Part shown: positions 21,117 to 32,698 of the stretch, piece by piece | How the letters are laid out: every line of letters starts with the position of its first letter | How positions within the stretch are numbered: the stretch's first letter is position 1 | Assembly (NCBI GenBank): GCA_963821525.1 | Contig: CAWGED010000019.1 | Span: forward strand, 128,001 to 192,000 | Direction of reading: 5' to 3' | DNA from: an uncultured Gemmatimonadales bacterium | GTDB lineage: Bacteria > Gemmatimonadota > Gemmatimonadetes > Gemmatimonadales > GWC2-71-9 | DNA: 64,000 nucleotides | Position numbers and translations under genes: made by a program | The notes under the pieces: generated by a model | What the model was told of the DNA's origin: nothing | Seen by the model: the letters and a program-made list of their open reading frames with translations, nothing else | Database searches by the model: none

Positions 21117-21986
21117 TCATTCGATTGGAAGTTCCATCCGCTCCGCCCACTCCGACCACGCTCCGGTGTAGATCCGCACCTTCGGGTACCCCAGCAGGTA
21201 CTTGAGGGCGAAAAAGACGTGGCTGGCTTCGGTGCTCGAGTTGCAATAGAGGATGAGGTCCTGATCTGGGGTGATGCCCCGCGCCGCGTAATCCGCCCGC
21301 ATCGAGTCAACCGACTTCCACACCAGCGACAGGTCGCGCTGCTCGAGATCGTCTTTCCACGGGTGATTGATCGCCCCGGGAATGTGGCCTCGCCGCCGCT
21401 GCGCACCCGCGCTCCCGCCGTACTGGTCAGCCGGCCGAGCATCCACCAGGCGCACGCCGGATTTCCCCAATGATTGCTGCACGTCGCTCAGCACGGCGGT
21501 CGGCATCTTGAAATGATGCGGATCCAGTGCCTTGCCGGTGACTTCCGCGTGGGGATACTCCTGAGTGAGCTTCTTCCCTTCGAGCTGCCACTTGGCGTAG
21601 CCGCCGTCCAGGAGGTAAATCCGCGGGTGCTGGAAGCCCGCCAGGATCCACACCACGAACGTCGCATCGATGTCGAACTGGTCCCCCGCACTGTACACCA
21701 CGACGGGACGATCAGCGCGCACACCCGCTCGGCTGAACAGCGCGGCATACATCTCGGCCGGCAACAGCTGGAAGGGCAGCCCGCCGCTGGTTGACCTCAA
21801 GGTCTCGACATTGAGCCACACCGATCCCGGCAGGTGGTTCTGCAGATAGGCGGTCCACGGCTGACGGACGTCGAGCACGGTTACCGACTCGCTCTCCAGC
21901 ATCCGCGCCAGGGAATCGGTGCTGATCAGCGCGGGCTGAGGTGCCGCTGCCAAGGCAGTCCAGGTGACAATCGACAGCAGGTTCAC
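21117..21986 (-). CDS. Exported two-domain rhodanese/sulfurtransferase
   Basis: Signal-like N-terminus, HLPGS, GHIPGA, YCNSSTEAS, YTGAWSEW. Confidence 0.9.
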   Translation of the reverse strand: MNLLSIVTWTALAAAPQPALISTDSLARMLESESVTVLDVRQPWTAYLQNHLPGSVWLNVETLRSTSGGLPFQLLPAEMYAALFSRAGVRADRPVVVYSAGDQFDIDATFVVWILAGFQHPRIYLLDGGYAKWQLEGKKLTQEYPHAEVTGKALDPHHFKMPTAVLSDVQQSLGKSGVRLVDARPADQYGGSAGAQRRRGHIPGAINHPWKDDLEQRDLSLVWKSVDSMRADYAARGITPDQDLILYCNSSTEASHVFFALKYLLGYPKVRIYTGAWSEWAERMELPIE

Positions 21987-23030
21987 TGGCTCCCCTCCTG
22001 AGCGTCTTCCAGTCCCATCTTCGCTCGCTCCATCTCGAGGTAGACCCTCACGGCGTTCCGGCGCTCACGGGAATGGAGCGACACCGGTCTCCTATCGTCG
22101 GGCGGAGGCAACGAGGCCAGCGCCTGTCTCATCGAAGTTCCCTTCTCTACTGCTGCTCCCATCGCTTCGCGAAGCTGAGCGAAATATTCCCGGGTCCGCC
22201 GGACCATCGTGGCGGGGTCATCAGGAATCGCATCGTGGCCCGGCACGATGACCTTGGGGCGCATCGAGTCAATCTGGTCCAGCGTCCTGAGCAGCACCGA
22301 GGAGTTTCCATCGACTACCATGGTTACCCCGTCGGGGAGCAGGATATCCCCGGCGAAGAGCGCCCGTTCCCGGGGAAGCCACACCATGAGATCGCCGGCG
22401 GAGTGCGCCGCCCCAGGATGAATGGCAACGATTGTTTTGCCACCCAGGACCAGGGTATCGGTTCCCGTGACCGGACGGTCAGGAGTATTGGCATACTCGA
22501 AGCCTAGAAGCTCCTGGAGTCCTACCACCCCATCCCAGTCCGCCACCATCGCGTCCGGTCCCGCCTCCCCTGCGAGCACCCGGGTGTCCGGATGCGCGAT
22601 GATTTTGGCGCCGACACGCTTGAACTCGATCGCTCCGAACATCATGTCGGGGTGGTGAGCATAGAGAATCAGGTAACGGACCGGCTTGGTGCTTACCGTC
22701 CGAATCGTGCGGATCACCGCCCGGGCCTGCGCCGGACTCGCCACTCCACCGACTGCGACCACCCCCTCCTTCGTTACCACGAATCCGGCGTTGGGGCGTC
22801 CCTCGGCACCCTTGCCTGTGTCTCCCAGCACGGCGTAGACGCCGTCGCCCAGTTTGCGCAGCGGGTAAAGCGTCTCTTCAGTGGTGGGAGAGAATGCGGA
22901 ATGACGGGCGGGAACCTGAGCGTGGGCGGGCGAGGCGGTCAGGGCGGGACAAGGCGGACAAGGCGGACAGCAAGAAGAACCGAGTGACCGCCCTGTCCGC
23001 CCCGTCCGCCTTGACCGCCCTCGTTCTCAC
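21983..23030 (-). CDS. Exported MBL-fold protein, SoxH-like (one frame break near 22947)
   Basis: GVYAVLG, NAGFVV, AHSAGD, FAGD, PGH; GTG start overlaps the soxZ stop; signal peptide ends AHA-Q. Confidence 0.8.
22933..23021. repeat. Palindromic 9-mer tandem array (GGCGGACAA)n ... (TGTCCGCCC)n inside the CDS
   Basis: ggcggacaaggcggacag on the left arm; gaccgccctgtccgccccgtccgccttgaccgcc on the right arm. Confidence 0.75.
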
Positions 23031-23362
23031 GTCCCGAACTTGATGTCTATCGCCGACCGGTATTCCCTGCCCTTGTTGTCCCGCCAGACCAGGGTGAGAG
23101 GAGCCTCGCGATCGGCCCGCAGCATGAAGGTGACCACGGGATCCTTGCTGATGCCCGAGGTCCATTCGAAGCGGGCGATCTCCGTGTCTCCGTACAGCAC
23201 CCGCACATCGTTGATGAACCAGGGCGGGATCAGGTCCGCATTGGCATCGCGGAAAAACCCGGTGTCCATCGGATGCTGCACGATGGTCTGGACCCGGATC
23301 GCGTCGCCCTGCTGGATTCGATCCGGGATCACGATCTTCGCCTTGCCGGTCTCGGCCATCAT
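23027..23362 (-). CDS. soxZ: Sulfur carrier SoxZ
   Basis: HPMDTG..RD...IP..FI and GISKDP motifs. Confidence 0.9.
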   Translation of the reverse strand: MMAETGKAKIVIPDRIQQGDAIRVQTIVQHPMDTGFFRDANADLIPPWFINDVRVLYGDTEIARFEWTSGISKDPVVTFMLRADREAPLTLVWRDNKGREYRSAIDIKFGT

Positions 23363-23859
23363 CCGCACCCGTTGAGCGTGGTCTCGACCTTCATGTAGTC
23401 GGCCCAGAGCTCGTCGTTGTTGGTCTCCACGATCGCGCGGATCCAGCAGGTCCGCTTCATCTTGATCCGGGTCTCGATCTTCACCCGCTCGAACGCCGGC
23501 GTCAGGTGAAATACCGTGACCAGCGGATCCGGATTGTGGTCCACGATGAGGTACACCGCCTTCACATAGGAGTCCGGTGTCATCGGCAGATCGGACTCGA
23601 TGGCGACCGGCACGACGCGGCCGTCCTCCGCGAGAGGCGGCATGTCGAGGGTGACGTGGCCCCGCTTGATCTCCCGGCTCCCGAACCGCTCGCTCATGAT
23701 CTTCTGAACGATTTCGTTGGGTGCTTCGGGATCGTCGGGGCCTTTGAGGAAAGGCAGGAGTTTTGAGACGCCGCCCCGGCTGCCCCCGGCCAGCGACAAC
23801 CCCGCAAGACCGAGGAAGCCCAAAAACGAGCGGCGGCCTACCGGATCCCTATCAGACAT
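23359..23859 (-). CDS. soxY: Sulfur carrier SoxY
   Basis: Tat signal GRRSFL, AEDG.VVPV, NPDP, TRIKM, C-terminal swinging arm NGCG. Confidence 0.9.
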   Translation of the reverse strand: MSDRDPVGRRSFLGFLGLAGLSLAGGSRGGVSKLLPFLKGPDDPEAPNEIVQKIMSERFGSREIKRGHVTLDMPPLAEDGRVVPVAIESDLPMTPDSYVKAVYLIVDHNPDPLVTVFHLTPAFERVKIETRIKMKRTCWIRAIVETNNDELWADYMKVETTLNGCG

Positions 23860-24016
23860 CAGCTTCTCCATGAAGGCAGGAACAATCTGAATGCAAAGTG
23901 CGGAAGGGGACCGGCAGCGTCAAGCGAGCCAGGAGCGACTCCTGTAAGGATTTCCCTTACGTCGAGTGGGTTCTCCGAGGGGCAGTTCCAGCTCCTCAAT
24001 CGGCAACGACGCAACC

Positions 24017-24702
24017 CTAATCGCTTCGTGATCCCGTTGCCGGCCGGAGGTAGTTGTAGGTCCTCCCAGCCGCCATCATCCCGGTGATAGGCGCGACCCA
24101 GTAGATCCAATGACCGTTCCAGATGCCCCGACAACTGCGGGACCCAGCGACCGAGCCGGATTCATGCTCGCCCCAGTGAGGGGGCCGAGTAAGGCGCAGA
24201 ACCCTACCGTGAAGCCGACAGCTACGCCGCCGGAACCGTTAGCTACCCGACTGTCGGTGGCGACAGCCATGATCACCAGCATCAACACGAACGAGAAGAG
24301 CCACTCGATCAGGAAGGAACGCGCGAGACCGACGTGCGGGAGGGTCGCGCCTGAATTCCCGATCGGCCCGAGGACGAATCGCATCACGGTCGACGCCAGG
24401 ATTGCTCCCAGACACTGGGCGACAATGTATGGAGCCACATCCCGACCCGGGAATCGGCCGACCGACCAGAAGGCAACAGTGACCGCCGGGTTGATGTGCG
24501 CACCCGAGAGATGCCCCAGCGCGTACACGAGCGCTACCACGACGAGAGCGAACGCGAGGGCTATGCCTGTTGGGCCGAGGGCGCCATGGGTGTACGCGTC
24601 TACCATGACCGCCCCGGGGCCAATCAGGACCAGGAAGAAGGTGCCGATGCCCTCGGCGAGCGCTCGGCGCCAGCGGCCCGAGTCCGCCGCAGTCTCTGTC
24701 AT
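24017..24702 (-). CDS. MIP/aquaporin-family channel in the ars operon (frame break near 24125)
   Basis: SGAHINPAVT, GASMNPARS, and HWIYWVAP in the shifted frame. Confidence 0.9.
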
Positions 24703-24710
24703 TCAGCCGG

Positions 24711-25223
24711 TCAGCTCGTCACTGGTGGGGCTCCGACGCCACCGATTTCGTTGACCTGCTGCTGCAGGGCAAGCTTCTCCAATTTCTCCATCGGAAGAGC
24801 CAGAAAGAGATCGAGCCGACGGCTAATCAGGAGCAGCGTGTCGTCGAAGGCCCGTTCCCGCTCCGTTTCCGTCCCCGTCGCTTCGGCAGGGTCCGGCATG
24901 CCCCAGTGGGCCATTACCGGCTGTCCGGGGAAGATGGGGCACGACTCCTTCGCACGATCGCAGACGGTGATCACAAAGTCCCAGGGCTGCCCCATTACGG
25001 CGTCCAGTCCCTGCGGTGGATGCCCGGTCCAGAAGTAGCCATGCTTTTCCATGGTGGAGATCGCCATGGGATTCACCCGTTCTGCAGGTTGAGAGCCGGC
25101 GCTGTCTGCAATGAATCGCCCCCGCCCCTTCCGATTCAGCAGAGCCTGGGCGATCTGGCTCCGGGCACTATTCCCGGTGCAGACGAAAAGCACTCGAAAC
25201 GGGTGGTTCGACGGGATGGACAT
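24711..25223 (-). CDS. arsC: Arsenate reductase, LMW-PTP (thioredoxin) type
   Basis: CTGNSARSQ P-loop, ITVCD...CP, HWGMPDP. Confidence 0.92.
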   Translation of the reverse strand: MSIPSNHPFRVLFVCTGNSARSQIAQALLNRKGRGRFIADSAGSQPAERVNPMAISTMEKHGYFWTGHPPQGLDAVMGQPWDFVITVCDRAKESCPIFPGQPVMAHWGMPDPAEATGTETERERAFDDTLLLISRRLDLFLALPMEKLEKLALQQQVNEIGGVGAPPVTS

Positions 25224-25237
25224 TGTGGAACTCCGGA

Positions 25238-25681
25238 TCAATGCGGCTGGGCCGTGATGGGTTTGGCCATGAATGCGGCCGTCGATGGGCAGAGGTCGGA
25301 GAATTCCGGGGTGTCGCGTATCGGCGCCGGCGCCGAGCCTCGATCGTGCCGCGAATATCCCCGCTTGCCGAAGAAAGGTTCCGCTGTCGTGGTGAGGAGA
25401 AACAGGTCGACGATGCCTTGCTGCGCCGCCAGCTCCTCGGCGGCGTCCACCAGCGTTCCTCCCAATCCGGTGCCACGGATCTCGGGCCGAACGGCGAGCG
25501 ACCTGAGCAAGCCCACCTTCCCGAACAGCTCCAACCCGACCACCGCCGCAAGACCGTGGTCGTCACGGCTGCCCAGGAAGAGGATCGTGCGCTGCTCGAT
25601 GTCTCCGGTTGGGAGTCCGCTTGCCTCGAGGAGCGCCCGAATGGCCGCCGCGTCCTCCCGTCCCAGGGTCCTGACGATCAC
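25238..25681 (-). CDS. arsN2: Arsenic-resistance GNAT N-acetyltransferase
   Basis: GLLRSLAV, RGTGLG, LLTTTA, EFSDLCPSTA; lies within the ars operon. Confidence 0.82.
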   Translation of the reverse strand: MIVRTLGREDAAAIRALLEASGLPTGDIEQRTILFLGSRDDHGLAAVVGLELFGKVGLLRSLAVRPEIRGTGLGGTLVDAAEELAAQQGIVDLFLLTTTAEPFFGKRGYSRHDRGSAPAPIRDTPEFSDLCPSTAAFMAKPITAQPH

Positions 25682-26541
25682 GCGTGGCCCCCGCAGCATT
25701 CGCTGCCGCAGCAGGCGGTCTCGATGGCAACGGGTTTGGTCGCCCGGATGAACGCCCCCATGAACCGACCCTCGATCTGTGGCGCGATCTTGTCGGCATC
25801 GAGGCCCGCACCCGCGAGAAAGGCCCGGGCGTCCTCGGCCTTGTAGATCCGGGTCGCCTCGACCTCGGCGTCGACGAAACCGGCTGCGGTGAGCTTTTGA
25901 ACGTATTCCCGGTCCTCCAGCGCCCCGGCCACGCAGCCAATCCACAGCTCCATGCTATGCCGGATTTCGCTGGGTACTGAACCACGCACGACCACGTCCG
26001 ACACCGCGAAGCGGCCGCCCGGCTTGAGCACCCGGAATGCTTCGGCCAGCACGCGATCCTTGTCTCCCGAGAGATTGATCACACAGTTGGAAATGATCAC
26101 GTCTACCGACGCATCGGGCAGCGGAATCGCCTCGATCTGACCCTTGAGAAACTCCACGTTCGGCAGCCCAGCCTTGCGTTGATTCTCCCGGGCCAGCGCC
26201 AGCATGTCGTCGGTCATGTCGAGCCCATACGCCTTCCCGGTCGGACCCACTCTCCGGGCAGACAGTAGGACGTCGATCCCACCGCCGGAGCCCAGGTCCA
26301 GTACCGTTTCGCCCTCGTGAAGCTCCGCCAGCGCCGTCGGGTTCCCACATCCCAGTGACCCCAACAACGCCGCCGGGGGGAGTCCTTCGGTCTCGCCCTG
26401 ATCATAGAGGTCCCGGGTGATGGGATCACTCCCGGTTCCGCACGACACGGCGGCACCACAGCAATTGCTAATAGACCCCTCCTGGGCCCGACGCGCCGCC
26501 TGCCCGTACTTCTCCTGCACCACCCGCAACAGGTCCGACAC
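25678..26541 (-). CDS. arsM: Arsenite S-adenosylmethionine methyltransferase
   Basis: [32 protein letters not shown], Cys-rich termini. Confidence 0.95.
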   Translation of the reverse strand: MSDLLRVVQEKYGQAARRAQEGSISNCCGAAVSCGTGSDPITRDLYDQGETEGLPPAALLGSLGCGNPTALAELHEGETVLDLGSGGGIDVLLSARRVGPTGKAYGLDMTDDMLALARENQRKAGLPNVEFLKGQIEAIPLPDASVDVIISNCVINLSGDKDRVLAEAFRVLKPGGRFAVSDVVVRGSVPSEIRHSMELWIGCVAGALEDREYVQKLTAAGFVDAEVEATRIYKAEDARAFLAGAGLDADKIAPQIEGRFMGAFIRATKPVAIETACCGSECCGGHA

Positions 26542-26558
26542 AATCGCCTCGATTCTAC

Positions 26559-26574
26559 ATCAAGAAAGGTTGAT
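26559..26574. promoter_or_regulatory. ArsR-type operator ATCAA-N6-TTGAT upstream of arsM
   Basis: atcaagaaaggttgat. Confidence 0.7.
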
Positions 26575-26593
26575 GAATAGGTGAAAAAAAGAT

Positions 26594-26917
26594 TTAGCCG
26601 CAGCAGCGCGCGGCGCGCCGTGACAGCAGGTCTTTCCCCAGATCCCCCAGTTGCTCCTGCAAGTCTTCCAACGCGCCAGGAATCAGACTGTAATACGCCC
26701 AGCGTCCTTCCCGGCGGTCCTGCACCAGGCCGGCGTCTTTCAAGGTCTTGAGGTGAAACGAAAGCCGTGACTGTCCCGACTCGAGTGCATCAGTCAGGTC
26801 GCAGACGCACCGCTCTCCGTAGCGCAGCATGGCAAGAATCTGCAACCGCGTGGGATCGGAGAGCGCATGACACGTCTCGCTCAGGCGGACAAGCGGAGTC
26901 GGCAAGAGGGTCGTCAT
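26594..26917 (-). CDS. arsR: ArsR/SmtB transcriptional repressor
   Basis: ALSDPTRL, RCVCDL, SFHLKTLKDAGLV, C-terminal CCG. Confidence 0.92.
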   Translation of the reverse strand: MTTLLPTPLVRLSETCHALSDPTRLQILAMLRYGERCVCDLTDALESGQSRLSFHLKTLKDAGLVQDRREGRWAYYSLIPGALEDLQEQLGDLGKDLLSRRAARCCG

Positions 26918-26924
26918 GGTCACT

Positions 26925-26953
26925 ATCGTATCAATATTTCCTTGATATGTCAA
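26925..26953 (-). promoter_or_regulatory. arsR promoter TTGACA-N17-TACGAT with overlapping ATCAA-N7-TTGAT operator
   Basis: Minus strand ttgaca-tatcaaggaaatattga-tacgat-agtgacc-ATG. Confidence 0.75.
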
Positions 26954-26985
26954 GAAGGGGAATGGGGAGGCAACTCGAGGAGGTC

Positions 26986-27376
26986 TTACCGCTCGACTCT
27001 CAATTCCAGTTGATAGGAGGTCGAGGGCTGGAGCGCGAACGTGCCCCGCTGCGCCACCTCGTCCAGACTGGGCGAGATACTGATCCGCGGTTCCCACATC
27101 AGGCACGTATAGCCGGGCGATGACTCCACCGACGACATCACCCGTCACCACGATTCGTGCCCCCGTCCCCGAAGCGGTGGAGAAGATGACGTACGGAGCG
27201 CCCTGAACCGAATCGATGGCGCCATCAACAGTGAGCAGTACTGCTCCGTCATCAGCGTTGGGAGTGGTCAGTACGAGGTCGAGGACTCCCGGGCCGGTGG
27301 GCGCTACCGTCTTGTCATCATCATGGCAGGCGAGAATTGCCACGACGAACGCCAGCGCAACCATGCCCCGCCTCAT
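26986..27376 (-). CDS. Hypothetical lipoprotein (frame break near 27060)
   Basis: Lipobox ILAC; ATGA overlap with the protease; corrected end YQLELRVER*. Confidence 0.7.
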
Positions 27377-29196
27377 CGAGTCCTCCGACGATCTGCCGCA
27401 AGCACGGCCCGCAGCACCTCAGGCGACAAAGCCGTTGAGTTGGCCGAGAGATACGCGAGGAAATCTCCCACGTCGTACCCGCCATTCTTGTTCCCCAGCG
27501 AGTCGAGGTAGGCCAGTTGCAGCGAACCGAGGCTTCCCTTCCCCAGAATCTCATCAATGGCCTGCGGGAGACTCACGTTCACCAGACCCGCGGTCGTCCT
27601 GGTATATCGGAAGGCCACGGAACCGTCCACGTCCTGATAGACCGAGTCCAGCATGAACCCGGCGGTAGCACCCTGGTTGTCTACCGACGCGGGAAACGTC
27701 AGATCACTGAGCGTGCGATTATTCGTCGATCCGGGAAATGGGTCTCCGGGATCTCCCCGGTTCTTTCCGCCAGGCTCACGCAGCTGGTTGAGGCCATCCG
27801 CCTGCACCAGGGCGACACCCTGGATCGGTCCGGTGTTGACCCGGTTCCCCAGCCTGAATCCACGGGCATCAACGATCCCCTGATCGATGTGCCAGACCAG
27901 GAGACCCGGCCCCTTGGCGCAGGAACGGGTACCGAATACGCACGCGTCATTGATTTGCGCGCTGTCACTGCCGATCGCCTGCCGGTTTTCCAGCAGGAAG
28001 TATTCGTCGGTGTTGGGGACCTCGATGTAGAGGACCGTATCGCTCGTGGAGACCGGACTCAGCCGAACCGAGCGCGAGGTTCCCAGCGTATCAATCGCCA
28101 CCCAGCCAAGCTCGGCGAGAGACCACGCCTCGAAGCGGGAGGGGCTGTAGGGCTGGGTGTAGTTACCGCTCCCCATGATTCCCCATTCGCCGATTCCCTG
28201 GGTTACCGACGGGCTGCGCAGGTCGGTGTCGTAGAGATCGGGAAGTCCGAAGGCATGCCCGGTTTCGTGGGCCACCGTTCCCACCGGCATGATGGCGGAT
28301 CCGTTGCACGCGGTGGCCCCGCCAACCGCGCTCTGCATGGTGTAGTCATCTACCTTGATGAACTGCCCGGGAAGGATCGCTCCTCCCGCACCACGCCGCG
28401 GGCTTTTCGTTGTGTATGGCGAGCCGTTCCAGGCGCTCATGAAGTAGCGGTGAGCCCAGATGCCCGGTGCACCACAGGCTCCGTCTACTTTGGGCTGCAG
28501 GAAGGTGACGAAATCCACCACGCCGTCGTCATCCCCCGAGTTCGGCAGACCATCCGGTCCGTCGTTGTCGAACTGGCCCCAATCCAGCACGCCCGTATCG
28601 TTGGCCTTGAGCGCCTCGAGGAGCAGGTTGACGAAGGGGCGCCCGCCGTGCGGACATGAGACCTTCACCCCGACGCCGTTGCAACCGTCTTCGTAGTACA
28701 GATCGGCGCTGTCGGCCACGACCCAATCCAGCACCACCCCGCTGATGGTGACCGATCCGCGGGACATCTCCCGGTAGTAACTGCGGACGCTGTACGGCTC
28801 GGCGCTGGGCGACGGGTTGAACAGGACGTTCTCGTACTGGGCGGCGGGGAATGGCGGAGCTGTGTTATTGAAGGTGATCGGGACGACGGGAACGAAATAG
28901 GTACCTGCGACACGCGTCATCGCGCCACGACCGTTCAGAACCGACAGAGCGCGCAGGCCGAGCAGCCCAACCCGGTTGGATCGCACCCGCTCCGAACCCT
29001 TGCGCCAGGCCCCTTCAGGACGGAAATCGAGCCCGTCAACCTCGAATCGTCCGATCCGGGAGCGCGGGTATGCTTCCTGCGCCCGCACCGCCGCGACCTG
29101 GACCTGACAGAGGCATCCGACCAGGCCAATGACGGTCGAAAAGTATCGATAGCGGTTGGACACTAATAAACCGGCTTGGGCTGAGTTCAGGCTCAA
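27373..29196 (-). CDS. M6 (immune inhibitor A-like) secreted metalloprotease (start uncertain)
   Basis: HETGHAFGLPDLYD, WGIMGSG, EYFLLENR, GLLVWHID. Confidence 0.88.
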   Translation of the reverse strand: MSLNSAQAGLLVSNRYRYFSTVIGLVGCLCQVQVAAVRAQEAYPRSRIGRFEVDGLDFRPEGAWRKGSERVRSNRVGLLGLRALSVLNGRGAMTRVAGTYFVPVVPITFNNTAPPFPAAQYENVLFNPSPSAEPYSVRSYYREMSRGSVTISGVVLDWVVADSADLYYEDGCNGVGVKVSCPHGGRPFVNLLLEALKANDTGVLDWGQFDNDGPDGLPNSGDDDGVVDFVTFLQPKVDGACGAPGIWAHRYFMSAWNGSPYTTKSPRRGAGGAILPGQFIKVDDYTMQSAVGGATACNGSAIMPVGTVAHETGHAFGLPDLYDTDLRSPSVTQGIGEWGIMGSGNYTQPYSPSRFEAWSLAELGWVAIDTLGTSRSVRLSPVSTSDTVLYIEVPNTDEYFLLENRQAIGSDSAQINDACVFGTRSCAKGPGLLVWHIDQGIVDARGFRLGNRVNTGPIQGVALVQADGLNQLREPGGKNRGDPGDPFPGSTNNRTLSDLTFPASVDNQGATAGFMLDSVYQDVDGSVAFRYTRTTAGLVNVSLPQAIDEILGKGSLGSLQLAYLDSLGNKNGGYDVGDFLAYLSANSTALSPEVLRAVLAADRRRTR

Positions 29197-29275
29197 GTTA
29201 GCGGCAAAACCACGCCGGGGCGGGACCGTAACGACGCGGCGGGGTACGGGTTAATGCCTAACCCCATTCCCCAGC

Positions 29276-29304
29276 TTGTGTCGAGTTGTCCAACCCGTTA
29301 GAAT
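29276..29304 (+). promoter_or_regulatory. Possible sigma70 promoter TTGTGT-N17-TAGAAT for the spt operon
   Basis: Good -10, weak -35, 17-bp spacer. Confidence 0.35.
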
Positions 29305-29355
29305 GTAACGGGTTAGTGACGATCCCTCATCGGCCAGCGATTGAATCGAGGCACC

Positions 29356-31699
<2,344 letters not shown>

Positions 31700-31703
<4 letters not shown>

Positions 31704-32698
31704 AGGCGCTGGTGACCGGGGCGACGGGGTTCGTCGGGAGTCACCTCGTCGAAGCCCTGGTTGGGAATGGGGATGAAGTCACCGCGCTGGTCCGCTCCCC
31801 CGGCAAAGCCAAACTCCTCACACAACTCGGGATTCGGCAGGTCCCCGGCGATCTGTACGACGCGGCCGCCCTGGCCAACGCGGTACGGGACCAGGACGTG
31901 GTCTACCACGTCGCCGGCGTGACCGCCGCGCGCAACGAGGCGGACTTCCTTCGCGCCAATCGAGACGGGACCCACAATCTCCTCGCTGCCGTACATTCAT
32001 CTCTTTCGGCGGAGCCCTCTCATCGCGGCGGTGAGCCGCCGAGATTCGTCCTCGTCTCCAGCATGGCGGCGGGCGGCGCTTCGGAGCGGGGGCGGCCGCT
32101 CAGGGGAGACGAACCTCCCCGTCCAGTGACCGCGTATGGCCGGAGCAAGCTCGCCGGCGAGGCTGTCGTTCGGGTTTCAGCGCTTCCATGGACCATCATT
32201 CGTCCGCCGATGGTCTATGGTCCGCGCGACACAGAGGTGTTCAAGGTCTTCAAGCTGGTTCGCAGTGGACTGACCCCGGTGTTCGGAGATGGGCGGCAGG
32301 AGCTTTCTGCGGTGACCGGCCCCGACCTAGCGCAGGCCTTGATCCTCGCCGCCAGCAGCGCCGCGACCGTGGGTAAGACCTACTACGCCTGTCACCCTGA
32401 GGTCTTTACCAGTGAGCAATTCGCCCATGCCGTTGCCGCGGCGATGCATCGCGAAGTGCGGGTGATCAAGCTGCCCAACTGGCTCGCCGTCGTTGCCCTC
32501 GGCGCGACCGGCGCCTGGGCCTGGGCTACTCACAAGCCCACCATTTTGACACCGGACAAGGCGCACGAGTTCTACCAGCCGGCCTGGACCGGAGATCCAG
32601 CCGCTCTGATGCGCGATACCGCGTGGAGGCCGGCCCAGAATCTGGCAATCGGGCTCGCGGGCGCGGCGCAGTGGTACCGGGACGCAGGATGGCTTTGA
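31700..32698 (+). CDS. NAD-dependent epimerase/dehydratase (extended SDR), candidate ceramide reductase
   Basis: TGATGFVG, YGRSK, RPPMVYGP; ATGA overlap with the GNAT gene. Confidence 0.8.

Noticed and set aside
21117..23859. Claim of lithotrophic thiosulfate oxidation
   Set aside because: soxAX, soxB and soxCD are absent from the window; SoxYZ alone is not sufficient
26594..27376. Apparent lipoprotein-ArsR fusion ORF (and the similar TrmJ fusion at 44313-45626)
   Set aside because: Frameshift artefacts; arsR has its own promoter and start codon
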